Positions 10,565 through 20,605 are shown, counted from the stretch's first letter. The stretch: DNA of 64,000 nucleotides from Euryarchaeota archaeon UBA106 (GCA_002502365.1 DAOJ01000065.1:7547-71546), one strand, 5' to 3'. The notes: generated by a model not told the origin, from the sequence alone. Numbers and translations are program-made.

Positions 10565-11518
10565 ATGGATGATGCCATCGGGGATTTACTCAAACTCCGT
10601 GGCGTCGAACTATCCAAGGCTGAGAGTGTAACCGAATCATTTGGATTCCGTTGCTTAGGCATAGCTGAAAAAATACCCGAATTACAGTCTGATAACTCCT
10701 CTTCTGTCTACGTTTGGCATATTTCCAAAGGTATTCTTCCAGTTAGTGTAGCAGAAGCTGAGAGATGGTTAGTGGATGTGCCTAAAGGTGCACATTGGGT
10801 ATTGAGTGAAAGGGAGTTTCAAGAGCAAGCGAGTAAACTATTGTATTCAGAGTTAAAAATTGAACTTTGGAGTCCTAAAAAACTCAGTCAATGGATTGGT
10901 GAGGCGGTCTTGAGTGGTGAACTCACAGCCCATGCAGCTCTTTTTCCTTCTACAGAAATAACCCCTGAAGATGAAGAAAAATCTGCTTCCGCAGAAAACC
11001 TCATTGTTTTACAAGCCAAAATCAATCTTGACGAATGGAGTATTCAAAGAGGGATTGAATATCTTGATGCGAAACCTATTCTTTTACAAGCAAGGATTTG
11101 GAATATCGTTGGAGCCTTAGTTAGCCCTGATGGGGATAGGGAAGAGGGTGAATGGAGAGTTCTAGAAGACCCTTGGGCCGATCGTTTAGAGATGTATAAT
11201 TCAGAGAATGGTCTACAAAATCCACTAAACCTTAGAATAATCAATTCGCAAGAAAACAAACTTCTTTCAGAATCAGACCTAAGAGTGATGCTAGTTGGAA
11301 TTCTGGAAACACGAAAGCAAAGAAAACAACAAACCTCAGAGGGGACATCCGTTACAAGCACAATGTTAGAAAGATGGTCATTCGATTCAGAAGGTGCTCA
11401 TCTAGAATGTTTACCCGCAGCCATACCGGGCTGGATTTTAGATTATGATGGAAGAAAGGAGATACTCCATTCAAGGAATGGAAGAACATATGATCTCAGT
11501 TTCTTTGAAGCGCCATAA
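10565..11518 (+). CDS. Hypothetical protein (317 aa), occupying the position where nusA normally follows rpl30e
   Basis: Long ORF in an AT-rich genome. No recognisable NusA KH motifs or other domain signatures by eye. Confidence 0.5.
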   Translation: MDDAIGDLLKLRGVELSKAESVTESFGFRCLGIAEKIPELQSDNSSSVYVWHISKGILPVSVAEAERWLVDVPKGAHWVLSEREFQEQASKLLYSELKIELWSPKKLSQWIGEAVLSGELTAHAALFPSTEITPEDEEKSASAENLIVLQAKINLDEWSIQRGIEYLDAKPILLQARIWNIVGALVSPDGDREEGEWRVLEDPWADRLEMYNSENGLQNPLNLRIINSQENKLLSESDLRVMLVGILETRKQRKQQTSEGTSVTSTMLERWSFDSEGAHLECLPAAIPGWILDYDGRKEILHSRNGRTYDLSFFEAP

Positions 11519-12377
11519 TTTCGTCTGTTGAAAGGGTGTCTCCAGACATCAATCTGGTCATTAGGTCTGCAACTTCCACTTGTTCTTCTTCTTCAGTGGA
11601 ACCTCCTTCTCTAGCTTCAATAGCCTTTAGCAAATCCTGCATAGAATGTATGCAACGAAGAGAAACGATGTATCTGCCGTGTAGTGAATCTGCCTCCCTC
11701 TTAGCTCTTGTTACCCCCGACTGGGCAGAATTTGCCTTTTCTCGAAGTCTATCGACTTCTTCAGATAACTCCGCCATCAGGTCATGGGCTTCTTGTGCAC
11801 CCACAACTGCTCTTTTCACCTTCTTGTGTGCATCTTCTTGTTTCTTTTCCGCATCCCGAAGTTGAATTTTTAATTCTCTAATCCCACCATCTGATTTTTT
11901 TTCCTTTGCTTCCCTTAATTCTTGGTGTAATTTCTTCATTTTGGATACAAATTCACGTTCCTTTTTTCCAAGGAATCGACCTTCGTTATACTGTCTTTCC
12001 AATCTTTCTATTTCAGTTCTGATTCTACCTGGAGATCTTGTTCTGTCCAATTTCTGTTCTCTTTCATCTTTAGCACCGTTTTCAGCGATTTTTTCTCTGA
12101 AAACGGTTCTAATTTCTCTCAGAGTTTCAGTTCTTTCCGCTCTCAAGTCCTTTAACTCGCGAACGGTTTGATTTGCTTCATCTCTAAGTGACTTTTGATT
12201 TTGAACTTCGGTAATCAATTCCTTTACTTGACGATTTAATTCATTTCTCTCATCTAATAATTTGCGGACCTTAGAATTCCATTGGTCTCTCTCTTCTCGA
12301 TTGTAGGATATTTGTTCTTGTACATCATCACAAAGAGGTTGTAAAATGCCGCGAATTTCCTCGCTTTCCATCTTCAT
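11496..12377 (-). CDS. Coiled-coil protein, paralog C (archaeal COG1340-like uncharacterized coiled-coil family, tentative)
   Basis: 293 aa, heptad-rich and charged (NELNRQVKELITEVQNQKSLRDEANQTVRELKDLRAE...). ATG start. C-terminal L..L(M/L)SG.TL motif shared with paralogs B and D. Confidence 0.7.
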   Translation of the reverse strand: MKMESEEIRGILQPLCDDVQEQISYNREERDQWNSKVRKLLDERNELNRQVKELITEVQNQKSLRDEANQTVRELKDLRAERTETLREIRTVFREKIAENGAKDEREQKLDRTRSPGRIRTEIERLERQYNEGRFLGKKEREFVSKMKKLHQELREAKEKKSDGGIRELKIQLRDAEKKQEDAHKKVKRAVVGAQEAHDLMAELSEEVDRLREKANSAQSGVTRAKREADSLHGRYIVSLRCIHSMQDLLKAIEAREGGSTEEEEQVEVADLMTRLMSGDTLSTDEIMALQRN

Positions 12378-12441
12378 TGAATCAACCTCTCAATATTTCG
12401 TCCTATGGTTTGCATATAAGGGCATTTGGTAAAGAATAATC

Positions 12442-13407
12442 TCACTCTCTTCGGGTTGCAGAATTCCCTTTCCTTGGCCCTCCACGGGTAACACCAAGTT
12501 TACGCATACCCTTTTTCCGGCCTCTTGCTCTTTTTTGTGAGGAATTATTTTCATCATTCGACTTATTCGAATTTTCTGTAATTTCAGTAAGCCCACCAGA
12601 TTCCAGTAGTGCAGACAATTCATTAGTGTTTAAGGCGCCCCCTGTACTAGCTCTATTTTTTACATCTGTGAGCCGTATTTTCTTTCCTTGTTGGGATGTA
12701 ATTTTTAGATATGAACGAATTCTTCCTGATTCTTTGCGTAGTTTCCTTCGTTCAGATTTAATGACATCTAGGCGTTTATCGATACCACTAATTTCCTTAC
12801 TCATCCTCCTAATTTCCTTCCTAGTGATTTTGTTTGAATCTAATTCAGTTCCGTCAGTCACAGATTCTTCTGCATTTTGTTTTGTCTTTTTCGTTGAATC
12901 TAAATCAGTGGTAACCTTTCGTAATTTCTCTATTTGTGTCACATATCTAGTGTGGGCCTGCTCTGCTTCTCTCTTGCGAACAACTGCGGCTTGTAACTCA
13001 AAGAATCTTCTAAATGATTCCAATTCTCTATTGATCGTTGGAACTGCCGTAAGGTCGTTATCGATTGTTGTTAACTTAGAATATGTGTCAGCCATCCATT
13101 CTTCCAAGACAGAAGCAGGTGGTGGGATGGAAATATTGACCTTATCTCGTAATTGCCTTTCTTTGTCGGCTTTTTTCTTAATTTCGTGAAACTCTCTCAA
13201 TAAATTACGTCTTTCCCCATCCGCTTCTTCTATACCACCAACAGCCGATCTTAATGATTTGACAATTTCAACCTGGGAGCGTCGCTCTTGTTTTAGGGAA
13301 TTAAATTCATCATCAAGAGAGCGTAAATCTCTCTCCAATTGTTTGGACTTTTCATCGATTTCGACATGAGGTAATGCCTCAAGGTCATCAAAAAGTCCGT
13401 CACTCAT
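12442..13407 (-). CDS. Coiled-coil protein, paralog B, with basic C-terminal tail (…RKLGVTRGGPRKG)
   Basis: 321 aa. Start ATG overlaps the stop of the upstream paralog A (ATGA). C-terminal ALLESGGLTEI + KLGVTRG motif matches paralog D (LLQSGSLTLG + KLGTTRG). Confidence 0.7.
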   Translation of the reverse strand: MSDGLFDDLEALPHVEIDEKSKQLERDLRSLDDEFNSLKQERRSQVEIVKSLRSAVGGIEEADGERRNLLREFHEIKKKADKERQLRDKVNISIPPPASVLEEWMADTYSKLTTIDNDLTAVPTINRELESFRRFFELQAAVVRKREAEQAHTRYVTQIEKLRKVTTDLDSTKKTKQNAEESVTDGTELDSNKITRKEIRRMSKEISGIDKRLDVIKSERRKLRKESGRIRSYLKITSQQGKKIRLTDVKNRASTGGALNTNELSALLESGGLTEITENSNKSNDENNSSQKRARGRKKGMRKLGVTRGGPRKGNSATRRE

Positions 13408-14294
13408 TCTTCTTCAGCCCCTGGATTCGACGACTTAGATTGTTTTGACTTTATATTCTTGGTTGAAGCGTTATTTGTTTTTCTTCGAGCGAAACTGGAA
13501 TCGCCTCCCTGTTTCACTCTTTTCATATCCTTAAGCAGGTCTGGGTAACCTACTCCTAATTCACTATAGCCATCGGATAATCTACGGCCCCAATGTTCTA
13601 TCGCATAATCAGATTGGGAAAGTAATTCCTTTGCTCTATCCAATTGTCTTCTCAATTCTCGAAGCTCAGATTGTAGTGCTACCTTTTTGTCGTGCAAAGG
13701 CTGTGCCTTTTCAACGGCTTTAATCATATTTTTATGAGCCCTATTTGCAATGGAAAATAAATGAGAAACTTCTCTTCTAGAGTCAATATATTCGGCCATT
13801 TCAGGATTCGAATCCCTTCTTTCTCGGAGCCATTTTTCATTTTGCTCGATCAATTTTTTCCTACGATCAATCATCTTCCTTTCGGCCTTATGGTCCAAGG
13901 CAGAGGTCTGAATTTGCTCTTCAATATCCTCTAATTCTTCGAATAATTTTTCTTTTTTCCAATCAGGATCAAGATTAACCATCCCGCCAGATTCTACCAA
14001 AACATCTCGATGCCCTTTGACTTTGGGAATTAAATCTCTTGCTTTAATTTGCGCTTGATCTCTTTCATCCTTTAATTGGGCTACTAATTCGTTAGCTCTC
14101 TTGTGTGTTTCAACAGATCGAGATACCTTTGGTGTTAAATTCTGTTCCTCAGCCTCCAAGGTTCTGATTACTGTAGGCAACTGGTCATTCAACAACATCC
14201 TTCGGTTCAACAAGGCCTGCGCTAACTGATCGGGCGTTACTGCCAAGAGAGCCTCAGAGTCCATATGCATGCGGCGCAAATTAGAATCTGCCAT
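13404..14294 (-). CDS. Coiled-coil protein, paralog A
   Basis: Coiled-coil-rich ORF. Track start at 14303 is GTG; the in-frame ATG (MADSNLRR...) is at 14294. First gene of a three-gene translationally coupled minus-strand unit. Confidence 0.65.
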   Translation of the reverse strand: MADSNLRRMHMDSEALLAVTPDQLAQALLNRRMLLNDQLPTVIRTLEAEEQNLTPKVSRSVETHKRANELVAQLKDERDQAQIKARDLIPKVKGHRDVLVESGGMVNLDPDWKKEKLFEELEDIEEQIQTSALDHKAERKMIDRRKKLIEQNEKWLRERRDSNPEMAEYIDSRREVSHLFSIANRAHKNMIKAVEKAQPLHDKKVALQSELRELRRQLDRAKELLSQSDYAIEHWGRRLSDGYSELGVGYPDLLKDMKRVKQGGDSSFARRKTNNASTKNIKSKQSKSSNPGAEEE

Positions 14295-14360
14295 AAAGGT
14301 CACTACGTGACCTATTTTTGGGGTTTCCTTGATAGGTAGACCTGCTCCGACTTCTCGCCA

Positions 14361-16253
14361 ATGCAGGCAAGCCTTAGTCGAAGCAGCATGTTTGTATTGG
14401 TAGCATCAATAATTCTAGTGACGCTATTTTCGATTAATGTCAGTGCAGAGGAACGATTTACAATAGAAAACCCATTGGATTGGGATACCACTCTAATCGA
14501 TGCATCTACATCAGAGCCATCTGGAAACGATTCTGCATATGCTGGAGATTACATCCTTATCTCAATTGAAATCGATAATACAGATACAACTGCCGGCCAT
14601 GATGAGTGGTGGTTCATAATGGGGATTCAAGGCCAGTCCTCTCCCGAATTGACGGGTTTCCTTGAGGGGTCACAAGATGTTGTTTTGGTTAATTTCTCCT
14701 TTGGACCTCTTTCTGAGGGAGTCTTGCTTCTTACATTCGGCATAGAATCTTCTGGTCAAAATAAGAGTCTAACTTTGGAAGTGGAACCAAATCCGATTAA
14801 TCTCACAGCTGCAGGCTCACCTGAGATAGCAATAACAGGTGAGCCTGTTCACAAGGGAGATACGTTAACCGCCTCAATTTTAGTCCATAACCAAGGTAAC
14901 TCACCTCAAATAGTCAGTCTTCAAATTATTCAAGGCAACCTAAGTCCTATTCAAGGAGCAGGGGTAGAAATCAATCCTGGGTCAAGTAGAGAAGTCTCTA
15001 CCTCTTTCCTGCCTTCATCAGTCGGCTCCTTGAATTTAGATTGGAGTGTAGTCTCCAATAGCGGAGGGGTTGCCCGTGAATTAAACGGAAGTACCACAAT
15101 AGAGGTTCTAGATTCTCAATCATTGGAACTTGTAATTGACTCTACGGATTGGGATTTAGAAAATGGATTAAATTCAGAAGTATCTCTTTATCTTAGCCAA
15201 GGTCGATCTCGAACCGTAGAGATAGAGATTTCTATAGTTGATCAGGCCATAGAATCTACACTACAAACTTTCCAATTCATGATGGATCCTGGAAAAAGAG
15301 ATTTAACACTTCCACTTGGAAATCCATCTGCTGACTCTTTGATTATCAGAGTGACTCCAATATCTTGGTTAGCCACTAATGACATAGAAATTCAAACTAC
15401 ATTAGTGCCGCCTTTGTTGGATTTGGAAGTAATTGCAGGTGTTCCAAATCCAAGTGCACCGATAGTAGGAGGGAGTTTACAACTTCCATTTAGTTTAACA
15501 AATAACGGAAATACTCCTACGCTAATGGGTGAGGCGAGGGTAGTGAGAAATTCTGACAGAATGATACTTGATTCTGTCACTGTAGAATCGGTTAATTCTG
15601 GTGGTGTTTTCAATGGTGATTTTTCGATAAATAACTGGCCTGATTCGAAGGTAGTCGAAGTAGAAATTATTTGGATTACTAGTGGTCAGACAAAAAGCAA
15701 ACTGCTAGAAATTGAAACGTTTTCTGATCCCAACGAAGACGCCGAATTGCCTTTTGATTTGATGGCGTCAATTTACGGAACTATCTCCGGCTTGGTAATT
15801 GTAATCTTCATTTTAGTGTTATACCGGACAGTTTCTGAAAACGTAGAGGACACTGGTAAATCAAGATTTAATCAATTGCGCGTCTCCCGAGGGGAGAAGA
15901 AGAAAACAAGAACCGCTGAAAAAAGAGAGGTCAACTGTCCGGAGTGCGATCAGCGATTGAATATCCCGTATTCTCATTCAGGAGCAGTCAAATGCCCTGC
16001 ATGCACATCGAGGTTTACAGTCGAAGCAATACCCACAAATGATGAGGATAAATCTCAAAATGCCTCCCCTTCAGAGCGGGAATCGATCGAAAATAATTCA
16101 GCTGTATCTAATGATTTAATTGCAATGTCTGCTACTGATATGTTATCCTGTCCTAGTTGTGACCAAACGCTCAAAGTTCCTCTTGAAAGGAGACCGGTAA
16201 AGGCAAGGTGCCCTGCTTGTCGTTCAGAATTCCTAGCCGAAGTAGGTGACTAG
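14361..16253 (+). CDS. Single-pass membrane protein: signal peptide, ~450-aa extracellular Ig/CARDB-like repeat region, TM helix, cytoplasmic tail with two C4 zinc ribbons
   Basis: N-terminal hydrophobic signal (MFVLVASIILVTLFSINVSA). Repeated 'xVxNQGNSPQxVSLQI'-type beta-rich segments. TM segment LMASIYGTISGLVIVIFILVLY. Then CPECDQ...CPACTSRF and CPSCDQ...CPACRSEF. Confidence 0.7.
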   Translation: MQASLSRSSMFVLVASIILVTLFSINVSAEERFTIENPLDWDTTLIDASTSEPSGNDSAYAGDYILISIEIDNTDTTAGHDEWWFIMGIQGQSSPELTGFLEGSQDVVLVNFSFGPLSEGVLLLTFGIESSGQNKSLTLEVEPNPINLTAAGSPEIAITGEPVHKGDTLTASILVHNQGNSPQIVSLQIIQGNLSPIQGAGVEINPGSSREVSTSFLPSSVGSLNLDWSVVSNSGGVARELNGSTTIEVLDSQSLELVIDSTDWDLENGLNSEVSLYLSQGRSRTVEIEISIVDQAIESTLQTFQFMMDPGKRDLTLPLGNPSADSLIIRVTPISWLATNDIEIQTTLVPPLLDLEVIAGVPNPSAPIVGGSLQLPFSLTNNGNTPTLMGEARVVRNSDRMILDSVTVESVNSGGVFNGDFSINNWPDSKVVEVEIIWITSGQTKSKLLEIETFSDPNEDAELPFDLMASIYGTISGLVIVIFILVLYRTVSENVEDTGKSRFNQLRVSRGEKKKTRTAEKREVNCPECDQRLNIPYSHSGAVKCPACTSRFTVEAIPTNDEDKSQNASPSERESIENNSAVSNDLIAMSATDMLSCPSCDQTLKVPLERRPVKARCPACRSEFLAEVGD

Positions 16254-16305
16254 TGGCAATTAATTGAGAGGTGAGTTCCTGACTGAGTTGAGTGAGTTTG
16301 AAGAA

Positions 16306-16929
16306 ATGTACCTCAAACGAATGTTTGAGATACACACTAAACACCCTTCAGCCATCGTCAAGACCTCTAATTTAGCAGAGATGATGGGTGTAAGTGCAGC
16401 ATCAACCACAGAAATGATTCAACGTTTAGCAAATAGGGATTTGGTGACTTACATTCCATACAAGGGTTCTCGCCTTACAACTGAAGGATTCTCCATTGCT
16501 GGCAAAATTAAACGACGTCAATTACTAATTGAAATGCTATTGACAGATGTAATTGGGTTTCAAGGTGATATTCATGCAATCGCTTGCGAAATGGAACATG
16601 CGATAAATAATGAGTTAGAAGCGGCGATAGATTCCCTCTTGGGCTATCCTGAGGAAACCAAATCAGGAGAACGTATTCCACAAGTAGCTAGACACTTTGA
16701 AACTAATATTCAAACCCCTCTTTTGCCAATATCGAATATGCCTAATGGAAGCACTGGAGAAATAGAGTTCATTGCTCTTTCAGGACAAGATTCGAAGACT
16801 TTGGATAATCTAAATTTTGGAATTGGTAATTTCGTTTCAAAAACAGATGATGATTTGTATATTGATACAAAACAAATTTCTCTTTCCGATAGTTTATCCA
16901 AGAAAATTTTAGTCAGATTAGGAGGCTGA
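16306..16929 (+). CDS. DtxR/MntR-family metal-dependent transcriptional regulator
   Basis: MYLKRMFEIHTKHPSAIVKTSNLAEMMGVSAASTTEMIQRLANRDLVTYIPYKGSRLTTEG matches the DtxR N-terminal wHTH and dimerisation region. Track ORF starts at TTG 16264; the ATG at 16306 is the likely start. Confidence 0.75.
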   Translation: MYLKRMFEIHTKHPSAIVKTSNLAEMMGVSAASTTEMIQRLANRDLVTYIPYKGSRLTTEGFSIAGKIKRRQLLIEMLLTDVIGFQGDIHAIACEMEHAINNELEAAIDSLLGYPEETKSGERIPQVARHFETNIQTPLLPISNMPNGSTGEIEFIALSGQDSKTLDNLNFGIGNFVSKTDDDLYIDTKQISLSDSLSKKILVRLGG

Positions 16930-16932
16930 ATC

Positions 16933-18522
16933 ATGGAAGATGATGACACTTATAGTTTAGAGAAAGCTCTAAACTCTTTAACAGATTTACCTGCAGAGGA
17001 AGAGTCCAATCTAGAAGAACAAAGCCCACATAATCATGAATCGCAATTAGGAATAGTAGAAACTGCCCAAATCAAATCCTCTAAAATTCATAGTTTGAGA
17101 AGCCAGGAAAAAACCCTCCTCCGGATAGACCGACTACTAGTAAGTGGTGGGATTCGTTTTGTTTTGTTTTTACCGTTAATTGTAATCGTTAATTTTGGTC
17201 TTGCACACTCTTACAGAAACACTACACCAGAATGGTGGATCGAACATATGCAGGAAGTCGCACCAGTCGAAATGCACTTAGGGATACATTTCCTATCGTT
17301 ATTTATTTTAGTAGCAAACATGGCTTTGTTAATTCTGCTATTCCGTCTACTAAGTGTCACAAAAATGATTTTTCAACACGAAGCTGAGGCTCTTACAACA
17401 GCTGGATTAACATTCAAAAGTTCACACGGTTATGCCGAAATGCGTGCAACGATTAATGGCTCTAGGAGACAATTAGGTGCAACGATAACTTTCCTACTAT
17501 TTGCAATAATTTTCCTTGCTATTGCCTTATGGTTAGCACCTGATGGTGATTTGTCCCCAAGGCTTGTGGCTCTCTCAACAGGCTCTGTGCTCGCAGGTCA
17601 TGGAACCTTCCTTGTATCGAATAATTCTCGATTCAATGCCAACGAACCCTGGGGCATGCTGAATGCTTTCTCGCCTCCTATACACCCGGCATTATTGACA
17701 AGACCTTTTTCAGATGTAATTAAGGCCCATATTGACCCATTGTTGGCAGTTAGGATCTCTGAATACCTCCGCACAGTCGAAAACGAAGTTAATCCTGGTT
17801 TTTCAATGACTCAGATGCAAGAAACTCTTCTACATCTTCTACATCTAAGGAGAAGGTCATTAATTGATGAAAAGGAATTCAGAGCCGCACTTTCCGAAAT
17901 GATTGATACGGGTTCGATTGACAGATTTTTCGACCACCCAGAATTAGGTCAGGAGACTTGGGACCGCCTTTTATCGAGAGCTATGATAGATTGTGCCCCA
18001 TTTTTCCGCCTCCATGACAGGTTACATATGAGGCATCAAACCGGTAGAATAGACGATGTTTGGTTTGATGTGGATATGGAGAATTTAGTAGTTGGCCCTG
18101 CAAACTTATTTGCATTTATTCTTAATCAAACTAATGAGGTTCAAGATCTAGTTTTAAGGGTTCAAACTCCAGACTTTAGACCTAATGAATGCGAATATAG
18201 ACTCAAGGTCGACCCTCATAAATCGATTTCATTTGATGGCATTATTTCCCCTAAACTCACAGAAAATTTACCTAATTTACTTAATTCTACCAGAATAATT
18301 TGGCAGAGTTTACTTCCATCCGGAACAGGGGAATCTACCGTTACAATCCGGCTTGAAGATTTGCAAGGGAATTTAATTGCGGGTAGAGTATTAACAGTCC
18401 AAATCCGAAATGATTTGTTTACACGTCTAAGAATGACAACGGGCGCACTCTTCATATTAGGGGCTATAATTGCCATCTTGTCGCCAATATTACCATTTGT
18501 TGGTTCAGTACTTGGCCTGTGA
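16933..18522 (+). CDS. Polytopic membrane protein, hypothetical (acidic N-terminus, 4-5 TM, ~270-aa soluble domain, C-terminal TM)
   Basis: ATG preceded by GGAGG. Hydrophobic segments read from the translation. No transporter signature recognised. Confidence 0.55.
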   Translation: MEDDDTYSLEKALNSLTDLPAEEESNLEEQSPHNHESQLGIVETAQIKSSKIHSLRSQEKTLLRIDRLLVSGGIRFVLFLPLIVIVNFGLAHSYRNTTPEWWIEHMQEVAPVEMHLGIHFLSLFILVANMALLILLFRLLSVTKMIFQHEAEALTTAGLTFKSSHGYAEMRATINGSRRQLGATITFLLFAIIFLAIALWLAPDGDLSPRLVALSTGSVLAGHGTFLVSNNSRFNANEPWGMLNAFSPPIHPALLTRPFSDVIKAHIDPLLAVRISEYLRTVENEVNPGFSMTQMQETLLHLLHLRRRSLIDEKEFRAALSEMIDTGSIDRFFDHPELGQETWDRLLSRAMIDCAPFFRLHDRLHMRHQTGRIDDVWFDVDMENLVVGPANLFAFILNQTNEVQDLVLRVQTPDFRPNECEYRLKVDPHKSISFDGIISPKLTENLPNLLNSTRIIWQSLLPSGTGESTVTIRLEDLQGNLIAGRVLTVQIRNDLFTRLRMTTGALFILGAIIAILSPILPFVGSVLGL

Positions 18523-18567
18523 CTTTTCATCAGGTCCATTCAAGAAGCAAACACCTGTGGCCGGCCC

Positions 18568-19554
18568 GTGTCTGAAGAGGTTACCAACCCAGACGATGAC
18601 CTTAGGAGTCGTCTGCATGCAATGGAGACAAAACTCCGACGTATGAGAGATAATCGTAACAGTCACAATGAAAATGCACGTAGAGCTGCTGATTCAAGGA
18701 ATGCTGTCCAAGAGCAAGCCAAGGTAATCAGAGAATCAATCGATGAATTGAAGTTACAACAAAAGGAGATAAGAGATAAAGCACTTATTCACAAGGCCAA
18801 GCGAGATGAAATCCAAGGCCATATCCGTGAATTAATCTCCAAAAAGCGTGGTCGAAGAGATGAAGAAAGAGGTTCAAAATCAATTGTTATTGAATTGTCT
18901 GAAACGGAAGGTCAAATAGAAAGAATCGAAAGACGATTAGAAACAGATGGTCGATTAAAATTAGAGGATGAAAATAAACTCCTCAAAGAATTAAAAAAAT
19001 TAATTGGTAAGCGAAATGAACTTCTGCCAGCGGTAAAGCAACACCAAGCGATAACGATTGACCTTGGAGATATGGATGAATCCATAACACGACTCAAGGC
19101 TGAAGCAGATTCTGAACACCAATCAATGGTAGATTGCCATAAACAGGCAGATGAAGTGTGGGAGGAAATTAAACCTCTCTTTGAAGAGAGAGATTTCTTG
19201 AGAGCCGAAGGTGATAGACTTCACAACGCTTTCCTCGAGGCCCGAAAATCAGCCGATGAGGTTCATACCGAAATGAAGGTGCTTTTAGATCAAGTTAATG
19301 AAATTCGAGATTCAATCAAAGCCGCACGCGAAGAACGTGAAAAGACGATTAAAGATCATAATCAGTCCGTAAGGGATGCAATTAGGTCTCCTTCTGAAAG
19401 TGAAGAATTAGCAGGCTCCTTAGAAGAAATGTTGTTGCAGAGCGGGTCGCTTACATTGGGCGGAACCGGAATGGAAAAAGAACCAGTCACTTCAGAAGGT
19501 AAGGTTAAGAAAACCAAAAAGAGAAAGTTAGGCACCACTAGAGGAAAGGTTTGA
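18568..19554 (+). CDS. Coiled-coil protein, paralog D, basic C-terminal tail (…KKRKLGTTRGKV)
   Basis: 328 aa, charged heptads. C-terminal motif shared with paralog B. GTG start in track. Confidence 0.7.
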   Translation: MSEEVTNPDDDLRSRLHAMETKLRRMRDNRNSHNENARRAADSRNAVQEQAKVIRESIDELKLQQKEIRDKALIHKAKRDEIQGHIRELISKKRGRRDEERGSKSIVIELSETEGQIERIERRLETDGRLKLEDENKLLKELKKLIGKRNELLPAVKQHQAITIDLGDMDESITRLKAEADSEHQSMVDCHKQADEVWEEIKPLFEERDFLRAEGDRLHNAFLEARKSADEVHTEMKVLLDQVNEIRDSIKAAREEREKTIKDHNQSVRDAIRSPSESEELAGSLEEMLLQSGSLTLGGTGMEKEPVTSEGKVKKTKKRKLGTTRGKV

Positions 19555-19556
19555 GA

Positions 19557-20546
19557 TTACCAGCCTCTCTCTTCTAAACGTACATCCAAGGTTTCAATTT
19601 CTAAACCAGGCATAGGTTCTCCTATCATTGCACTTGCTTCTGCAACAATCGATGGGTCTTCAAAGTGGTGAGTCGCTAGAACAATTGCTTCCGCTGTTTG
19701 CACAGGATCAGAACTCTTGAAAATCCCTGAGCCAACGAAAATACCATCCATTCCATGTTTCATCATCAATGCTGCATCCGCAGGTGTTGAAATTCCTCCT
19801 GCTGAGAATGTGACTACGGGTATTCTACCAAGCCTAGAAACATCTTCGAGAACTGCCGATACTTCTAACCTTAGTTCTTCTATAGTTCCGAAGGGTGTAT
19901 CTGCTGTCTCTAGATTGAAAGATGAGACTTTCTTGATTCGATGAAATCCTTCCATAATCGTATCAACCATTTCCTCTCTTCCATCTTTGCCAACTGATTG
20001 AGCGTGAGCGATTTCGTCAGCAACTAATCTTGCATGTTGCACTGCACTGACGACATTCCCAGTTCCAGCTTCGCCTTTTGTTCGCATCATCGCGGCACCT
20101 TCGGCTACCCTTCTTACCGCTTCACCTAAATTTGTGCAGCCGCAAACGAAAGGAACTGTGAAGTTATTCTTAGCAATGTGGAAAAAAGGATCAGCAGGAG
20201 TTAATACTTCAGATTCATCAATCATATCTGCCCCTAATGCTTCCAAGACTCTGGCTTCTTCATCATGGCCTATCCTCGCTTTTGCCATGACAGGTATTGA
20301 AGTGGTTTCTATAATTTCTTTAATCATATCAGGGTGACTCATTCGGGCAACCCCGCCGCTTGCTCGTATATCGGCAGGCACTCTCTCTAACGCCATTACG
20401 GAAACCGCTCCTGCGTCTTCGGCAATGTGTGCTTCCTCTGCGTTAACGACGTCCATTATGACTCCGCCTTCTTGCATTTTGGCGAAGCCTCTCTTCAGCA
20501 ACTCTGTGCCGTGACGCATTCCTGACAGGTCAACTCGTTGAGTCAT
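19557..20546 (-). CDS. pdxS: Pyridoxal 5'-phosphate synthase subunit PdxS (Pdx1/SNZ)
   Basis: [52 protein letters not shown]...[36 protein letters not shown] is a near-canonical PdxS core. Confidence 0.9.
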   Translation of the reverse strand: MTQRVDLSGMRHGTELLKRGFAKMQEGGVIMDVVNAEEAHIAEDAGAVSVMALERVPADIRASGGVARMSHPDMIKEIIETTSIPVMAKARIGHDEEARVLEALGADMIDESEVLTPADPFFHIAKNNFTVPFVCGCTNLGEAVRRVAEGAAMMRTKGEAGTGNVVSAVQHARLVADEIAHAQSVGKDGREEMVDTIMEGFHRIKKVSSFNLETADTPFGTIEELRLEVSAVLEDVSRLGRIPVVTFSAGGISTPADAALMMKHGMDGIFVGSGIFKSSDPVQTAEAIVLATHHFEDPSIVAEASAMIGEPMPGLEIETLDVRLEERGW

Positions 20547-20605
20547 ATATATGCCTGAGAGTAATCACTCATCAATATATGTCTAAGCCCAGCAGCGGCT
20601 AAACT

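Noticed and set aside
10481-10645. 54-aa ORF starting at the TGATGG overlap with the L30e stop
   Set aside because: Short and low-complexity. It is out of frame with, and overlapped by, the longer 10565..11518 ORF. No support.
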